Positions 1 to 8,597 of a stretch of 64,000 nucleotides of DNA are shown here, in pieces (the stretch's first letter is position 1; every line of letters starts with the position of its first letter). Origin of the DNA: an uncultured bacterium (GTDB taxonomy: Bacteria > Verrucomicrobiota > Verrucomicrobiia > Verrucomicrobiales > DEV007); NCBI GenBank assembly GCA_963977015.1, contig CAXBMO010000013.1, positions 1-64,000 of the forward strand. The letters run 5' to 3'. The notes under the pieces were generated by a model. That model saw nothing but the letters and a program-made list of their open reading frames with translations, searched no databases and had not been told where the DNA came from. The position numbers and the translations under genes were made by a program.

Positions 1-70
1 GCAGTTGGTTCTGGCGCAGTTGGTTCTGGCGCAGTTGGTTCTGGCGCAGTTGGTTCTGGCGCAGTTGGTT
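1..70. repeat. 15-bp perfect tandem repeat (GCAGTTGGTTCTGGC x4 plus 10 bp), continues beyond the window
   Basis: Read directly. In the minus-strand sulfatase frame it encodes (PTAPE)n. Confidence 0.97.
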
Positions 71-1643
71 TGGGTTCGGGAGAATCCTCCAGATCGAAAT
101 CGATGTCGGTCGGATTGACCCAACCCGTTTTGATCTTCTCACCGGACATCTGACGTTCGTAGAAATTGAGCCACACGTCGTCCTGTGCGAAACCGTATTG
201 CTCGAAGACCTGTCCTTTCCCCTGAATTCGCGGATCTCCCTGTTCGTTGAGGATTGCGGCCATGGTTTCGCGAAGTGACGAAAGCTTCTCCGCGTATTCG
301 GGATTCTCGGCCAAGTTCGTAACGCAATCCGGGTCCTTCGAAACGTTGTAGAGCTCGAGTTCCGGCCGTTTGCCGAAGTTCTGCTGCCAGTAGGTCGCAT
401 TTTCACCGGTCCGGCGCAGGTCGAGGATGAGCGATTTGGTCGGGCTGCCATCGGTGTTGAGGTAGCCCGTTTCGGGATTGCCCGCCGGCCAGCGTTCCGG
501 CTGAAAATTCTGCAGGAACAAGAGGCCATCCTTAATGATTCCGCGAATGGGATAGCCCTGATTATTGGGGCGCCCGACATCGTGCCGTTCTTTTCCGATC
601 AAAACGTGATCCCGCGTTGCGAGGACCTGGCCGGATTTCGGCGATTTGAAAATTTCATTCAGACTGCGACCGGTGATCCGGGCCATTCCAGTCTGAGCCC
701 TCTGGAGGCCGGCAAGCTCGAGAAAAGTGGGCGCAAAATCGATAAAACTGACGTAGTCCTCAACGATTCGCCCGGGATTGGCAATTCCCGTCGGCCACAT
801 GACTGCCAGTGGCATGTGGTTGGAATACTCGTATTCCTGGCCCTTGATTCGGGGAAACGGCATTCCGTTGTCGGCGGTTACGACGACCAGGGTGTTTTCG
901 AGCAAATCGCGTTCCTCCAGCGTTTGCAGCATTTTCGCGAGATGGCTGTCAAAGTGCTCAATCTCAAAGGCATAATCCAACATGTCCGTCCGGACGGTAT
1001 CGTTGTCCGGCCACATTTTGGGAACCCGGTCAATTTGATCGAGAGATTTGCCGCCAACGCGGAGGGAGGCGCCAAACTCATAGGCTCGATGCGGTTCGGT
1101 CGCCCCATACCAGAAGCAGAACGGCTCGCCTTCTTCCCGCGCATTGAGAAAGGCCGTAAAATTGGTGGCGTAATCAATCGACGACATGCTTTTCGCTGGC
1201 GGCGGGGTCTTGAATTTCTCGAAATCCGGTCCGGTCAGCTCCCGCTCGACTCCTTCAGAATCCGGCGCCACGCCGGGACCCCAACCCTTGCCGGTGTTTC
1301 CGATTTTGTAGCCGCCGCTTTGGAGCGCCTCCATGAACCCCAAAAATTCGGCCGGGAAGATGTTCATGTGATTGGCGGCCTCCTTAAGTTGCCAGCTGTT
1401 TCGCCCGGTCAGGATGGCCGCTCGAGAGGGGGCGCACTTGGCATTGGGGGTGTAGGCCCGGCTGAAGAGAATCCCGCTCGTTGCGACCCGATCGAAACCG
1501 GGCGTTTCAACCCATTTGCAACCGTAGGCTCCAAAGTGCTCCCAGCTGGCATCGTCTGCGATGCAGAAAAGGATATTGGGTCTTTCCTGACCCTGCGCGA
1601 TGGCCGAAAAGAGAAGAACGGATAGAGCTGCCAGAAATTTCAT
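1..1643 (-). CDS. Secreted Cys-type sulfatase (heparan N-sulfatase/SGSH-like), 3' end outside the window
   Basis: Absent from the ORF track, consistent with no stop in the window. Manual translation from ATG 1643 gives [31 protein letters not shown]...[15 protein letters not shown] (signal peptide, PN..DD, CxPSR). The same frame near the window start reads [21 protein letters not shown] then a Pro-rich repeat. Only the two ends were translated by hand. Confidence 0.9.
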   Translation of the reverse strand, partial: MKFLAALSVLLFSAIAQGQERPNILFCIADDASWEHFGAYGCKWVETPGFDRVATSGILFSRAYTPNAKCAPSRAAILTGRNSWQLKEAANHMNIFPAEFLGFMEALQSGGYKIGNTGKGWGPGVAPDSEGVERELTGPDFEKFKTPPPAKSMSSIDYATNFTAFLNAREEGEPFCFWYGATEPHRAYEFGASLRVGGKSLDQIDRVPKMWPDNDTVRTDMLDYAFEIEHFDSHLAKMLQTLEERDLLENTLVVVTADNGMPFPRIKGQEYEYSNHMPLAVMWPTGIANPGRIVEDYVSFIDFAPTFLELAGLQRAQTGMARITGRSLNEIFKSPKSGQVLATRDHVLIGKERHDVGRPNNQGYPIRGIIKDGLLFLQNFQPERWPAGNPETGYLNTDGSPTKSLILDLRRTGENATYWQQNFGKRPELELYNVSKDPDCVTNLAENPEYAEKLSSLRETMAAILNEQGDPRIQGKGQVFEQYGFAQDDVWLNFYERQMSGEKIKTGWVNPTDIDFDLEDSPEPKPTAPEPTAPEPTAPEPTAPEPT

Positions 1644-1711
1644 AGATCAGGAGTCGATCACGTAGATTGCACGCCTTGTCAAAAGGTTTGGCGCGAACCA
1701 AGCCCGGTCCC

Positions 1712-3106
1712 TTAGTTGCCGAGCAGGCTGTCGAGGAGGGACTTCGCGGTGTCCTCCAACGACTTCATGGTATCCGATTTCGGATTCTTCAGCAGATCGG
1801 CAATATCGCCAAACGGAGTGATTGCGGTCACGTCCGGGTCACCAACGTCACCGGTCGATTTGAAGCGCAACACGAGGAAATCCCGCTTTTTCACGGTGCT
1901 CATCAGCGCTTCGCGGGCAGGGATGGCCGCCAATTCGCCCACATTTTTCTCCAGAAACTTGGTAACCTCGGTCTCAATTTTCCGGGTCAGTTTCTCTGAT
2001 CCCAGAAACGTCACGAAAAATTGGTGATCGTTCTTCCCGGCATTGACCCAGCTTCCCTGCTCCAAAACCACGAAATTTTCGTCGATGGGAACCATGAAAT
2101 CCGTCGTCATCCGCAACTCTTGGCGGTTCGCATTGAAACTGGCGGTGGTGTCCTCGGAAAAGTCGCCCCGAAGCCGAACTCCCTCCATATCCACTCCGTA
2201 ATTCTCAAGTTGCTTGATCAAATCTTCCATCTCATCGAGCAACGGGAGGGCATCAATCCAGGAATCGCGTTTCACGGTGACGGAGGCGGAAAGACTGGGA
2301 TCCAGTTGGGCCGAATCGACGTTGAACGGCTGAATGTCTCCATTTCCTTCCAAGGAAAGATCCAGATAGCGGAGGTTGTGCTCGAAACTGTCGATTCCCA
2401 ACCAGGCTGAAAACTCCATTTTCGCGGAATTGTGTTCGGTCAGGGAGTTGGGATCCAGATCAATGTCGCGGAACACGACGACACCACGGTGAAGTTGAAC
2501 GGTGGTGTTCGATTTCTCAACGGTTGCCTGCACCGTCAGATCTTCGATCGCCATGCGCTCGGCAATGGCCGAAATTGGGATGTCCGTTGCCAAAAATTGC
2601 CGATCATCTTCCGAACTCTTGGGAGCTTTCGTTCCTTCGTCGGTCGGGGCGGCCGTTTTATTGGATCTCTTGGGAGCCGGTTTGAGGAGATCGTCCAGGG
2701 AATTGGTGCCGTCATCAAAAATGCGTAGCTCAGCGGTCGGGCGCTCGACCTGAAGGTTGGTGACGACCAATTTTCGCTGAAAAAGCGGCATTCGATCCAA
2801 TTCCAGCATGACGTAATCAATGCTGATGGAGCCAGCGAAGGGCTGGCGTTGACTTGGAAGGATACCCTTTTCTACCGTTTCATCGCGAGGGCCGAAAGCA
2901 AGACCCACAATCTCCATTCGTGCCGGAGCGCTGTAGGCGTTTAGCTTGACATCCCCAATCTGAGCGCGGCAATTGAAGGTCGACTCAATCTGGCGCACCA
3001 AATAGTCTGAGTCTGCAAATCGACCGACGGAAAGTGACACAGTAAGCCACGCCCCGACTGCGAGCAGCACAATAAGAATTCCTAACGTGATAACAACACG
3101 CTTCAT
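1712..3106 (-). CDS. AsmA-family protein (N-terminal membrane anchor, beta-rich periplasmic body)
   Basis: N-terminal hydrophobic anchor, then IGDVKLN...LVVTNLQVERPTAELR...NSLDDLL, a pattern typical of AsmA N-termini. Confidence 0.65.
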   Translation of the reverse strand: MKRVVITLGILIVLLAVGAWLTVSLSVGRFADSDYLVRQIESTFNCRAQIGDVKLNAYSAPARMEIVGLAFGPRDETVEKGILPSQRQPFAGSISIDYVMLELDRMPLFQRKLVVTNLQVERPTAELRIFDDGTNSLDDLLKPAPKRSNKTAAPTDEGTKAPKSSEDDRQFLATDIPISAIAERMAIEDLTVQATVEKSNTTVQLHRGVVVFRDIDLDPNSLTEHNSAKMEFSAWLGIDSFEHNLRYLDLSLEGNGDIQPFNVDSAQLDPSLSASVTVKRDSWIDALPLLDEMEDLIKQLENYGVDMEGVRLRGDFSEDTTASFNANRQELRMTTDFMVPIDENFVVLEQGSWVNAGKNDHQFFVTFLGSEKLTRKIETEVTKFLEKNVGELAAIPAREALMSTVKKRDFLVLRFKSTGDVGDPDVTAITPFGDIADLLKNPKSDTMKSLEDTAKSLLDSLLGN

Positions 3107-4445
3107 AGCCTATCTACACACCCTAACGTGCTCCCATGCAAGGGGATTTGCGTTAGCAATTTTCTGGGTTTGCTCCATGGCAGTGGCAAGTTCGGAATCC
3201 TTGGACGAATTCCCGCGAAAACCCATCAAAATTATCGTCCCGTTCGGGCCGGGCGGAGCCAGCGACACCCTGGCGCGGATCGTTCAGGAGGCGATTCGGC
3301 GTGATGAACTGGCTACCGAACCGTTGGTGATCATCAATGTGCCGGGAGCGGGGGGAACAATCGGTAGCCGAAGAGCGAAAAACGCCCGTCCTGACGGATA
3401 CACCATTTTGAATCTCCATGACGGGCTCCTGACTGCGAAACACACTGGGCATGACTATGGTGCGGAAGAATTCATCCCCATCGCCTCCACGGGATCGTCT
3501 CATACCGTGGTCTGCACTGGGCCGAAAGGAAAGTGGTCCGACCTGAACAAGCTGCTGTTGGAGGCGAGGGAACGACCGGGAGAGTTGAAATTTGGGATGA
3601 ATCTGGGGGCGCCCAGCCATTTTGTGGGACTTCAGCTTCAAGAAACGATGGAGGGGGCCAGTTTCGGCATGATTCCGTTGCAGGGGGGAGCCGATCGGTT
3701 CGAGAAATTGGTCGGCGGCCACATTGATCTGTCGATTTTCTCGGTTTCGGAGTATCTCCAGTTCCGAATGACCGACCGCCGCCCGGATGGATTGAGAGCC
3801 ATCGCCTATCTCGGGCCGGAGCGGCACCCTCAATTGGCCGGGACGCCAACGGGGCGTGAGGTCGGGATTGATCTCGTAACCGGAACCACTCAATTTTGGT
3901 GGGCGCCCAAGGGCACGCCAACCGAAAGGATTCAGAAGCTGGGAGACATTCTGGAGGCAGCAATGGAGTCGGAGTGGCTGCAAAGCCGCTATCGACAGAA
4001 GTCTGTGGAACCGATTTGCCTGCGAGGGGAGCCCTTGGCCAAGCTGATTGCGGAAAAAGAGGCGGAACTGGCGTCCCTGAACGTTGGCGACTTGTCCACG
4101 GCAGGTGGAAAGGTTGAAATGGTGCGGTTTGTTTGCGGCGGTGTCATACTTTTTGGCCTGTCTGCCGTTTTGCTCGGCCTGATGGCTCCGGGTGTGGATC
4201 TGATGGCGAACCTGGCGCTCAATCGGCGTTCCTGGTTGGTTGTCGGGGTGTTTCTCGGGTATCTGGCGATTCTCCAAACCCGGCTCGTTCCGTTTTGGCT
4301 GGTAACCATTTTGTTCATCGGGGGATTGGGCTGGAGCCTGGCCCCAAATCTGCGAAGCGGGAAAATCGCCATTGCCTGGAGCGTGATTCTTGGGCTGGGA
4401 CTTCAGGTATTGTTCCAGAGAATCCTCATTATTGATTTGCCATGA
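3087..4445 (+). CDS. Tripartite tricarboxylate transporter substrate-binding protein TctC fused to a TctB-like 4-TM domain (start uncertain: GTG 3087 or ATG 3177)
   Basis: FPRKPIKIIVPFGPGGASD, NVPGAGGTIG, PDGYT and APKGTP are Bug/TctC motifs. The last ~110 aa hold four hydrophobic segments ending IIDLP, like TctB. Confidence 0.88.
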   Translation: MITTRFIAYLHTLTCSHARGFALAIFWVCSMAVASSESLDEFPRKPIKIIVPFGPGGASDTLARIVQEAIRRDELATEPLVIINVPGAGGTIGSRRAKNARPDGYTILNLHDGLLTAKHTGHDYGAEEFIPIASTGSSHTVVCTGPKGKWSDLNKLLLEARERPGELKFGMNLGAPSHFVGLQLQETMEGASFGMIPLQGGADRFEKLVGGHIDLSIFSVSEYLQFRMTDRRPDGLRAIAYLGPERHPQLAGTPTGREVGIDLVTGTTQFWWAPKGTPTERIQKLGDILEAAMESEWLQSRYRQKSVEPICLRGEPLAKLIAEKEAELASLNVGDLSTAGGKVEMVRFVCGGVILFGLSAVLLGLMAPGVDLMANLALNRRSWLVVGVFLGYLAILQTRLVPFWLVTILFIGGLGWSLAPNLRSGKIAIAWSVILGLGLQVLFQRILIIDLP

Positions 4446-5899
4446 GTGCTGAGCTTTTTCTCTGGGTATTGGTTGGCGTTTCGGTCGGGATCACGGCTGG
4501 AGCGATTCCCGGTCTGACCGGCGCCATGGCGATCACGCTGACCCTGCCACTGACCTTTTCGATGGAGCCGGCCCCTGCATTGGCGCTGCTTGTGGCGATG
4601 TATGTGGGCTCGGTGAGCGGCGGGTTGATCACTGCGACGCTCTTTAAGATGCCGGGGACTCCGGCGTCCATGATGACGACTCTCGACGCGTTCCCCATGG
4701 CCGCAGCCGGGAAGCCGAGACGAGCGCTGGCTCTTGGAATCGGCGCCTCGTTGATTGGAGGGCTGCTTTCGTGGGTGGTGTTGGTTGCGCTCGCCCGGCC
4801 GATTGCCGGCATGGCGGTGAAGATGCACCCCTTTGACTACTTCGGGTTGGTACTTCTCGCGTTCGTTCTGATCGCTGCAATCAGCAAAGGCGATTTGATT
4901 CGGGGGCTGCTGAGCGTCTTTCTTGGCATGTTGTTCGCGCTGCCGGGCGCAAATCCCGCGAATCCGCAACCTCGTCTCACATGGGGATTCTCAGAACTCG
5001 ATGACGGATTTCGGCTTTTGCCGGTCTTGATCGGCCTGTTTGCGGTTAGCGAAGCGATTCTTTTGGTCTCCAAATCGAAGGACGGGGAACAGCGAATCAC
5101 CGGGAGTGGCGGAATTCTTCCCCAGTTCCGGGAATGGAAGGCGCAATGGGTGAATCTGATCCGCTCCTCGATGATCGGAAGTTTTGTTGGCGTTCTCCCA
5201 GGGATCGGAGCCAATATCGGCTCGCTCCTGGCCTATGGAGCGGCAAAGAGCGTCGCCAAAGATCGGGAAGTCTTCGGGAAAGGGGCCGACTCAGCCGTCG
5301 TCGCCAGTGAATCGGCCAACAATGCCACGGTGGGAGGGGCGTTGGTTCCGCTCATCGCTCTGGGGATTCCAGGGAGCGTGATCGATGCGATTCTTCTCGG
5401 CGCCTTCGTCCTTCACGGGATTACTCCCGGTCCGCTTCTCTTTGATGACAATCCGGAGATTGTTCAGACCATTACGGGATCCTATCTGGTGGCGAATTTG
5501 GTGATGTTTGTGGCGATGTGGTTTGGCGTCGGGCTCGTCCGCAAGCTCGGAGACATTCCAAAAGCGATTCTGATCCCGGCCATTCTCACCTTCTGCGTGG
5601 TTGGCAGCTTTGCCCTGGCCAACCGGATGTTTGACGTCTGGGTGATGCTGGCTTTCGGCATTCTCGGCCTCGTGATGACCAAGTTCCGGATCCCGATCGC
5701 CCCTTTTGTGCTGGGATTTGTGCTCCAACCGCTTGCAGAGGTCAATCTGGTTCAAGGACTCGCGATTTCCGGTCCGTTGGAGTTGATCGCAAGACCGAGC
5801 TCAGGAGCGCTGGTGATTCTGTCGCTGGTCTTCCTGGGGGTTTCAATTTGGCGTCAGGCTACATCGGCGCGATCCGGCGCGAACCAACGTCGGTCGTAA
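4442..5899 (+). CDS. tctA: Tripartite tricarboxylate transporter permease TctA
   Basis: GAIPGL, MPGTPAS, GVLPGIGA, ESANNA, LGIPGS and GITPGP motifs. 4-nt overlap with the upstream gene. Confidence 0.93.
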   Translation: MSAELFLWVLVGVSVGITAGAIPGLTGAMAITLTLPLTFSMEPAPALALLVAMYVGSVSGGLITATLFKMPGTPASMMTTLDAFPMAAAGKPRRALALGIGASLIGGLLSWVVLVALARPIAGMAVKMHPFDYFGLVLLAFVLIAAISKGDLIRGLLSVFLGMLFALPGANPANPQPRLTWGFSELDDGFRLLPVLIGLFAVSEAILLVSKSKDGEQRITGSGGILPQFREWKAQWVNLIRSSMIGSFVGVLPGIGANIGSLLAYGAAKSVAKDREVFGKGADSAVVASESANNATVGGALVPLIALGIPGSVIDAILLGAFVLHGITPGPLLFDDNPEIVQTITGSYLVANLVMFVAMWFGVGLVRKLGDIPKAILIPAILTFCVVGSFALANRMFDVWVMLAFGILGLVMTKFRIPIAPFVLGFVLQPLAEVNLVQGLAISGPLELIARPSSGALVILSLVFLGVSIWRQATSARSGANQRRS

Positions 5900-7259
5900 G
5901 CAAAACGTGCTGATCAAAACTTTCGGCGATCAATTCGGCTTTCAGACTCGAAAACCTGGGGTCATCCCAAAGGTTTTGATGCTCCCACGGGTCCGCTTCC
6001 AGGTCATAGAGCTCTCCCAGGCCGAAACCGTGATACACGCTCAGCTTGTACTGGCCGCGGCGATACATGGTCGCAAACGCACCGGGACCACCCGTGAAAT
6101 GGGAATCCAGTGAATCAAAGTATTCGCAACGAACCGAGTCTCGGAAATGATCGGGGGCTTCCCGACCTTCGAGAATGGGAAAGAGAGATTTGCCTTGGAA
6201 ATAGTCAGGAATTGGGACGCCACCTGCTTCGAGAATGGTTGCCGAGAGATCGAGCAATTCAACCAGACCGTCGGCCTTGAGGCCTGCTTTGAACTTCTCC
6301 GGCCAACGGAAAATGAGGGGAACCCGAATTAGACCCTCATAAAATCGGCAGCCCTTGTACATGAGCCCGTGATCGCCCAACGTTTCCCCGTGATCGCTTG
6401 TAAAAATCACCAGGGTGTTCTCGCGTTGCCCGAGCTCGTCCAGTTTGGCCAGCAGGCGCGCCAGTTGATCATCAATCAGTGCGATCATCGCGTAATAGCG
6501 GGCCTGAGCGCTTTTTGCGTCGTGTTCTTCCGGCGGTTTCGCTTCCCCTTGGAAGTCAATTCCGGCAAGTGCGTCCTGAATCTCCAGGTCGGAATCTTGA
6601 AAATGAGGCCCGGGCAGGGATTCGGGATCAAATTGATCGGCGTATTCTTTGGGAGGAACAAAGGGGGGATGCGGGTCATAACAGTTGATCGACAGAAACC
6701 AGGGTTGTTCCCGCTTCTTCGCAATGAACTCCATGGCTTTCTCGCAAGACCAGGTCGTTTGGTGAAAGTCTGCCGGAACGCGTTCGGGGGATTCCCGCAT
6801 CGCATCGAGGTCGCCTCCCTTTTCGCGGACCCATTCGGCATAGTGGTGCCCGGTTTCCCAGTCGTCTCTGGGAGCGTGACTGAACTGCCAATAGCGATAG
6901 CCGTCGTCGAGTCTCGGCTCGGTCCGCTTTCCGGAACTGGTCAGATGAAACTTCCCAATGTTGCCGCAATCGTATCCGCTGTCAGCGAGGAGCTTGGAGA
7001 TCAGTGGTGGCGCTTCTTTGGGGAAGGATTCGTTTCCGTTTCGCGTACTGTGAAGGCGGCTCGGGTAGAGCCCTGTCATGAAACTGGAACGGCTCGGGGT
7101 GCAAATCGGGCTTTGGCAATAGCAATGCGTGAAGGCCGTCCCATCCTCCACCAACTGATCAATCGTCGGAGTGCGAACGTGTGAATTTCCGAGCGCACCG
7201 ATCGTGTCGAAACGTTGTTGGTCAGTGCAAATCCAGAGGATATTGGGCCTTTCAGACAT
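5859..7259 (-). CDS. Cys-type sulfatase without signal peptide (choline-sulfatase-like)
   Basis: MSERPNILWICTDQQR, CTPSRSS, GKFH, PHPP, TSDHG, ELYDLEADPWE. Start taken at ATG 7259. Confidence 0.92.
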   Translation of the reverse strand: MSERPNILWICTDQQRFDTIGALGNSHVRTPTIDQLVEDGTAFTHCYCQSPICTPSRSSFMTGLYPSRLHSTRNGNESFPKEAPPLISKLLADSGYDCGNIGKFHLTSSGKRTEPRLDDGYRYWQFSHAPRDDWETGHHYAEWVREKGGDLDAMRESPERVPADFHQTTWSCEKAMEFIAKKREQPWFLSINCYDPHPPFVPPKEYADQFDPESLPGPHFQDSDLEIQDALAGIDFQGEAKPPEEHDAKSAQARYYAMIALIDDQLARLLAKLDELGQRENTLVIFTSDHGETLGDHGLMYKGCRFYEGLIRVPLIFRWPEKFKAGLKADGLVELLDLSATILEAGGVPIPDYFQGKSLFPILEGREAPDHFRDSVRCEYFDSLDSHFTGGPGAFATMYRRGQYKLSVYHGFGLGELYDLEADPWEHQNLWDDPRFSSLKAELIAESFDQHVLLTTDVGSRRIAPM

Positions 7260-7292
7260 GAAGGCCGTTACCACAAGGTTGTTCAGATGCAA

Positions 7293-8597
7293 CTAGGCCG
7301 AAGGAGCCCGGCTTCCCCATTCATCTGCCGTTGAAACCGTTTTGATCTCGAAGCTCACCACATTCCCGTAGATATACGCAAGCCAGAGAAGGACGATTGG
7401 AACGATGGGAAGCAGATAGCGGGGCTCGGCCGGCAACAGCACACTACCACCAAAGAAGATGGCGGCACAAAGTGCGGGAACCTTGATGGAAAGCGGGAGA
7501 GTCTTCCAGACCCGTATCGTGGGATAGACCGCGAAGAGCATCATGCCAAGAACGAGGGCTGACGGGATCACCCAGAAGATGGTGGCGAGTCGTTCCCCAC
7601 GGTGAGAATTGGGAAAACCAAAGAGAATGCGGCAAAAATTCGCAGCGAGGTTGCGAACGGTGGCCGAGGGCGTGGCGTGAAAATTGGCTTTGGCGAATTC
7701 GACCCACTTCGCATCTCGCTCCGCGAAGGGAAGGGCTTCAACCGTAACGCACGCCGCGATGTGGTTCTCAAACGCTTGGGGATTTTCGGGCAAACTGTCG
7801 ATGCTGAACCAACTTCCCCATTCGCCCGGATAGGGACTCGTGATCCAATACAACAGCTCACCTCCGTTGGTCGACCACGTCGGAAACTTGTGCGTGTGGT
7901 GATAGGTGTAAGCCAGCCACGGAAGACAAAGGACAAGTGAGAACGCAAAAGGGAGAGTTGCGGTCAGGATTCGGGCGCGATTCCCGACCAGCCAACAAAG
8001 CAACGGAACCAAGACGACCGCAGCCATTGCCACATACCCAAAAATCACCCTCACCATGATAAGGCCAAACAAAAAACACGCGGTTCGAATCATCCATTTC
8101 CTTGAACGCGATTGGTCGTTCAGAAGATTCGCAAATGCCCAGATGAAACCACAAACCAAAAGTGTTGAGAGAGCTTCGGTCTTCGCGTGTGCCAGATATC
8201 GAAGCATCACCGGATTGAGTGCCAGAAAGAGCAGAAAGACCAGCGACCACTTTTCGCTGGTAAACAAGCGGAGCGTTTTAAAGAAAAGGTAACCAGCTGC
8301 CAGGAGAAAGCCAATGTTGAGACCACGGATAACCCAGAGTGGGAATTCCAGCGCCACAAATGGCATAATGACCAGCGGATACCCGGGTCCGTTGGTGAAG
8401 TCCGGATATTCAGGAGAGACATAGAACCCGTTGGCAAGGTTCTTGGCATAGGCAAGATATCGCTCCTCGTCGCCGACAACATCCGTCGGTGCGAAGAGGG
8501 CTGAAACTCCTATATAAAAGACAGCGAGCGACCCCAGAACCAGGTGGATTCCAGAAATGTTGGAGAGAGACCTGAGCCTCAAAAACATGGAGGTCAT
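7293..8597 (-). CDS. GT-C fold membrane glycosyltransferase (ArnT/PMT-like)
   Basis: Multi-TM protein with GDEERY after TM1, PGYP, TEAL and PRYLLP motifs. Confidence 0.75.
   Translation of the reverse strand: MTSMFLRLRSLSNISGIHLVLGSLAVFYIGVSALFAPTDVVGDEERYLAYAKNLANGFYVSPEYPDFTNGPGYPLVIMPFVALEFPLWVIRGLNIGFLLAAGYLFFKTLRLFTSEKWSLVFLLFLALNPVMLRYLAHAKTEALSTLLVCGFIWAFANLLNDQSRSRKWMIRTACFLFGLIMVRVIFGYVAMAAVVLVPLLCWLVGNRARILTATLPFAFSLVLCLPWLAYTYHHTHKFPTWSTNGGELLYWITSPYPGEWGSWFSIDSLPENPQAFENHIAACVTVEALPFAERDAKWVEFAKANFHATPSATVRNLAANFCRILFGFPNSHRGERLATIFWVIPSALVLGMMLFAVYPTIRVWKTLPLSIKVPALCAAIFFGGSVLLPAEPRYLLPIVPIVLLWLAYIYGNVVSFEIKTVSTADEWGSRAPSA

Noticed and set aside
1-70. Tandem repeat as a CRISPR array
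   Set aside because: The units are 15 bp and contiguous with no spacers, no cas genes are present, and the repeat is in frame in a CDS.
582-1625. 347-aa plus-strand ORF
   Set aside because: Antisense shadow of the minus-strand sulfatase, which has clear family motifs.
3153-4277. 374-aa minus-strand ORF, and similar long antisense ORFs at 6369-7184, 29263-30072, 31727-32581, 38331-39125 and 39302-40204
   Set aside because: Each lies opposite a well-supported gene and shows no recognisable motif, as expected for shadow ORFs in GC-rich coding DNA.
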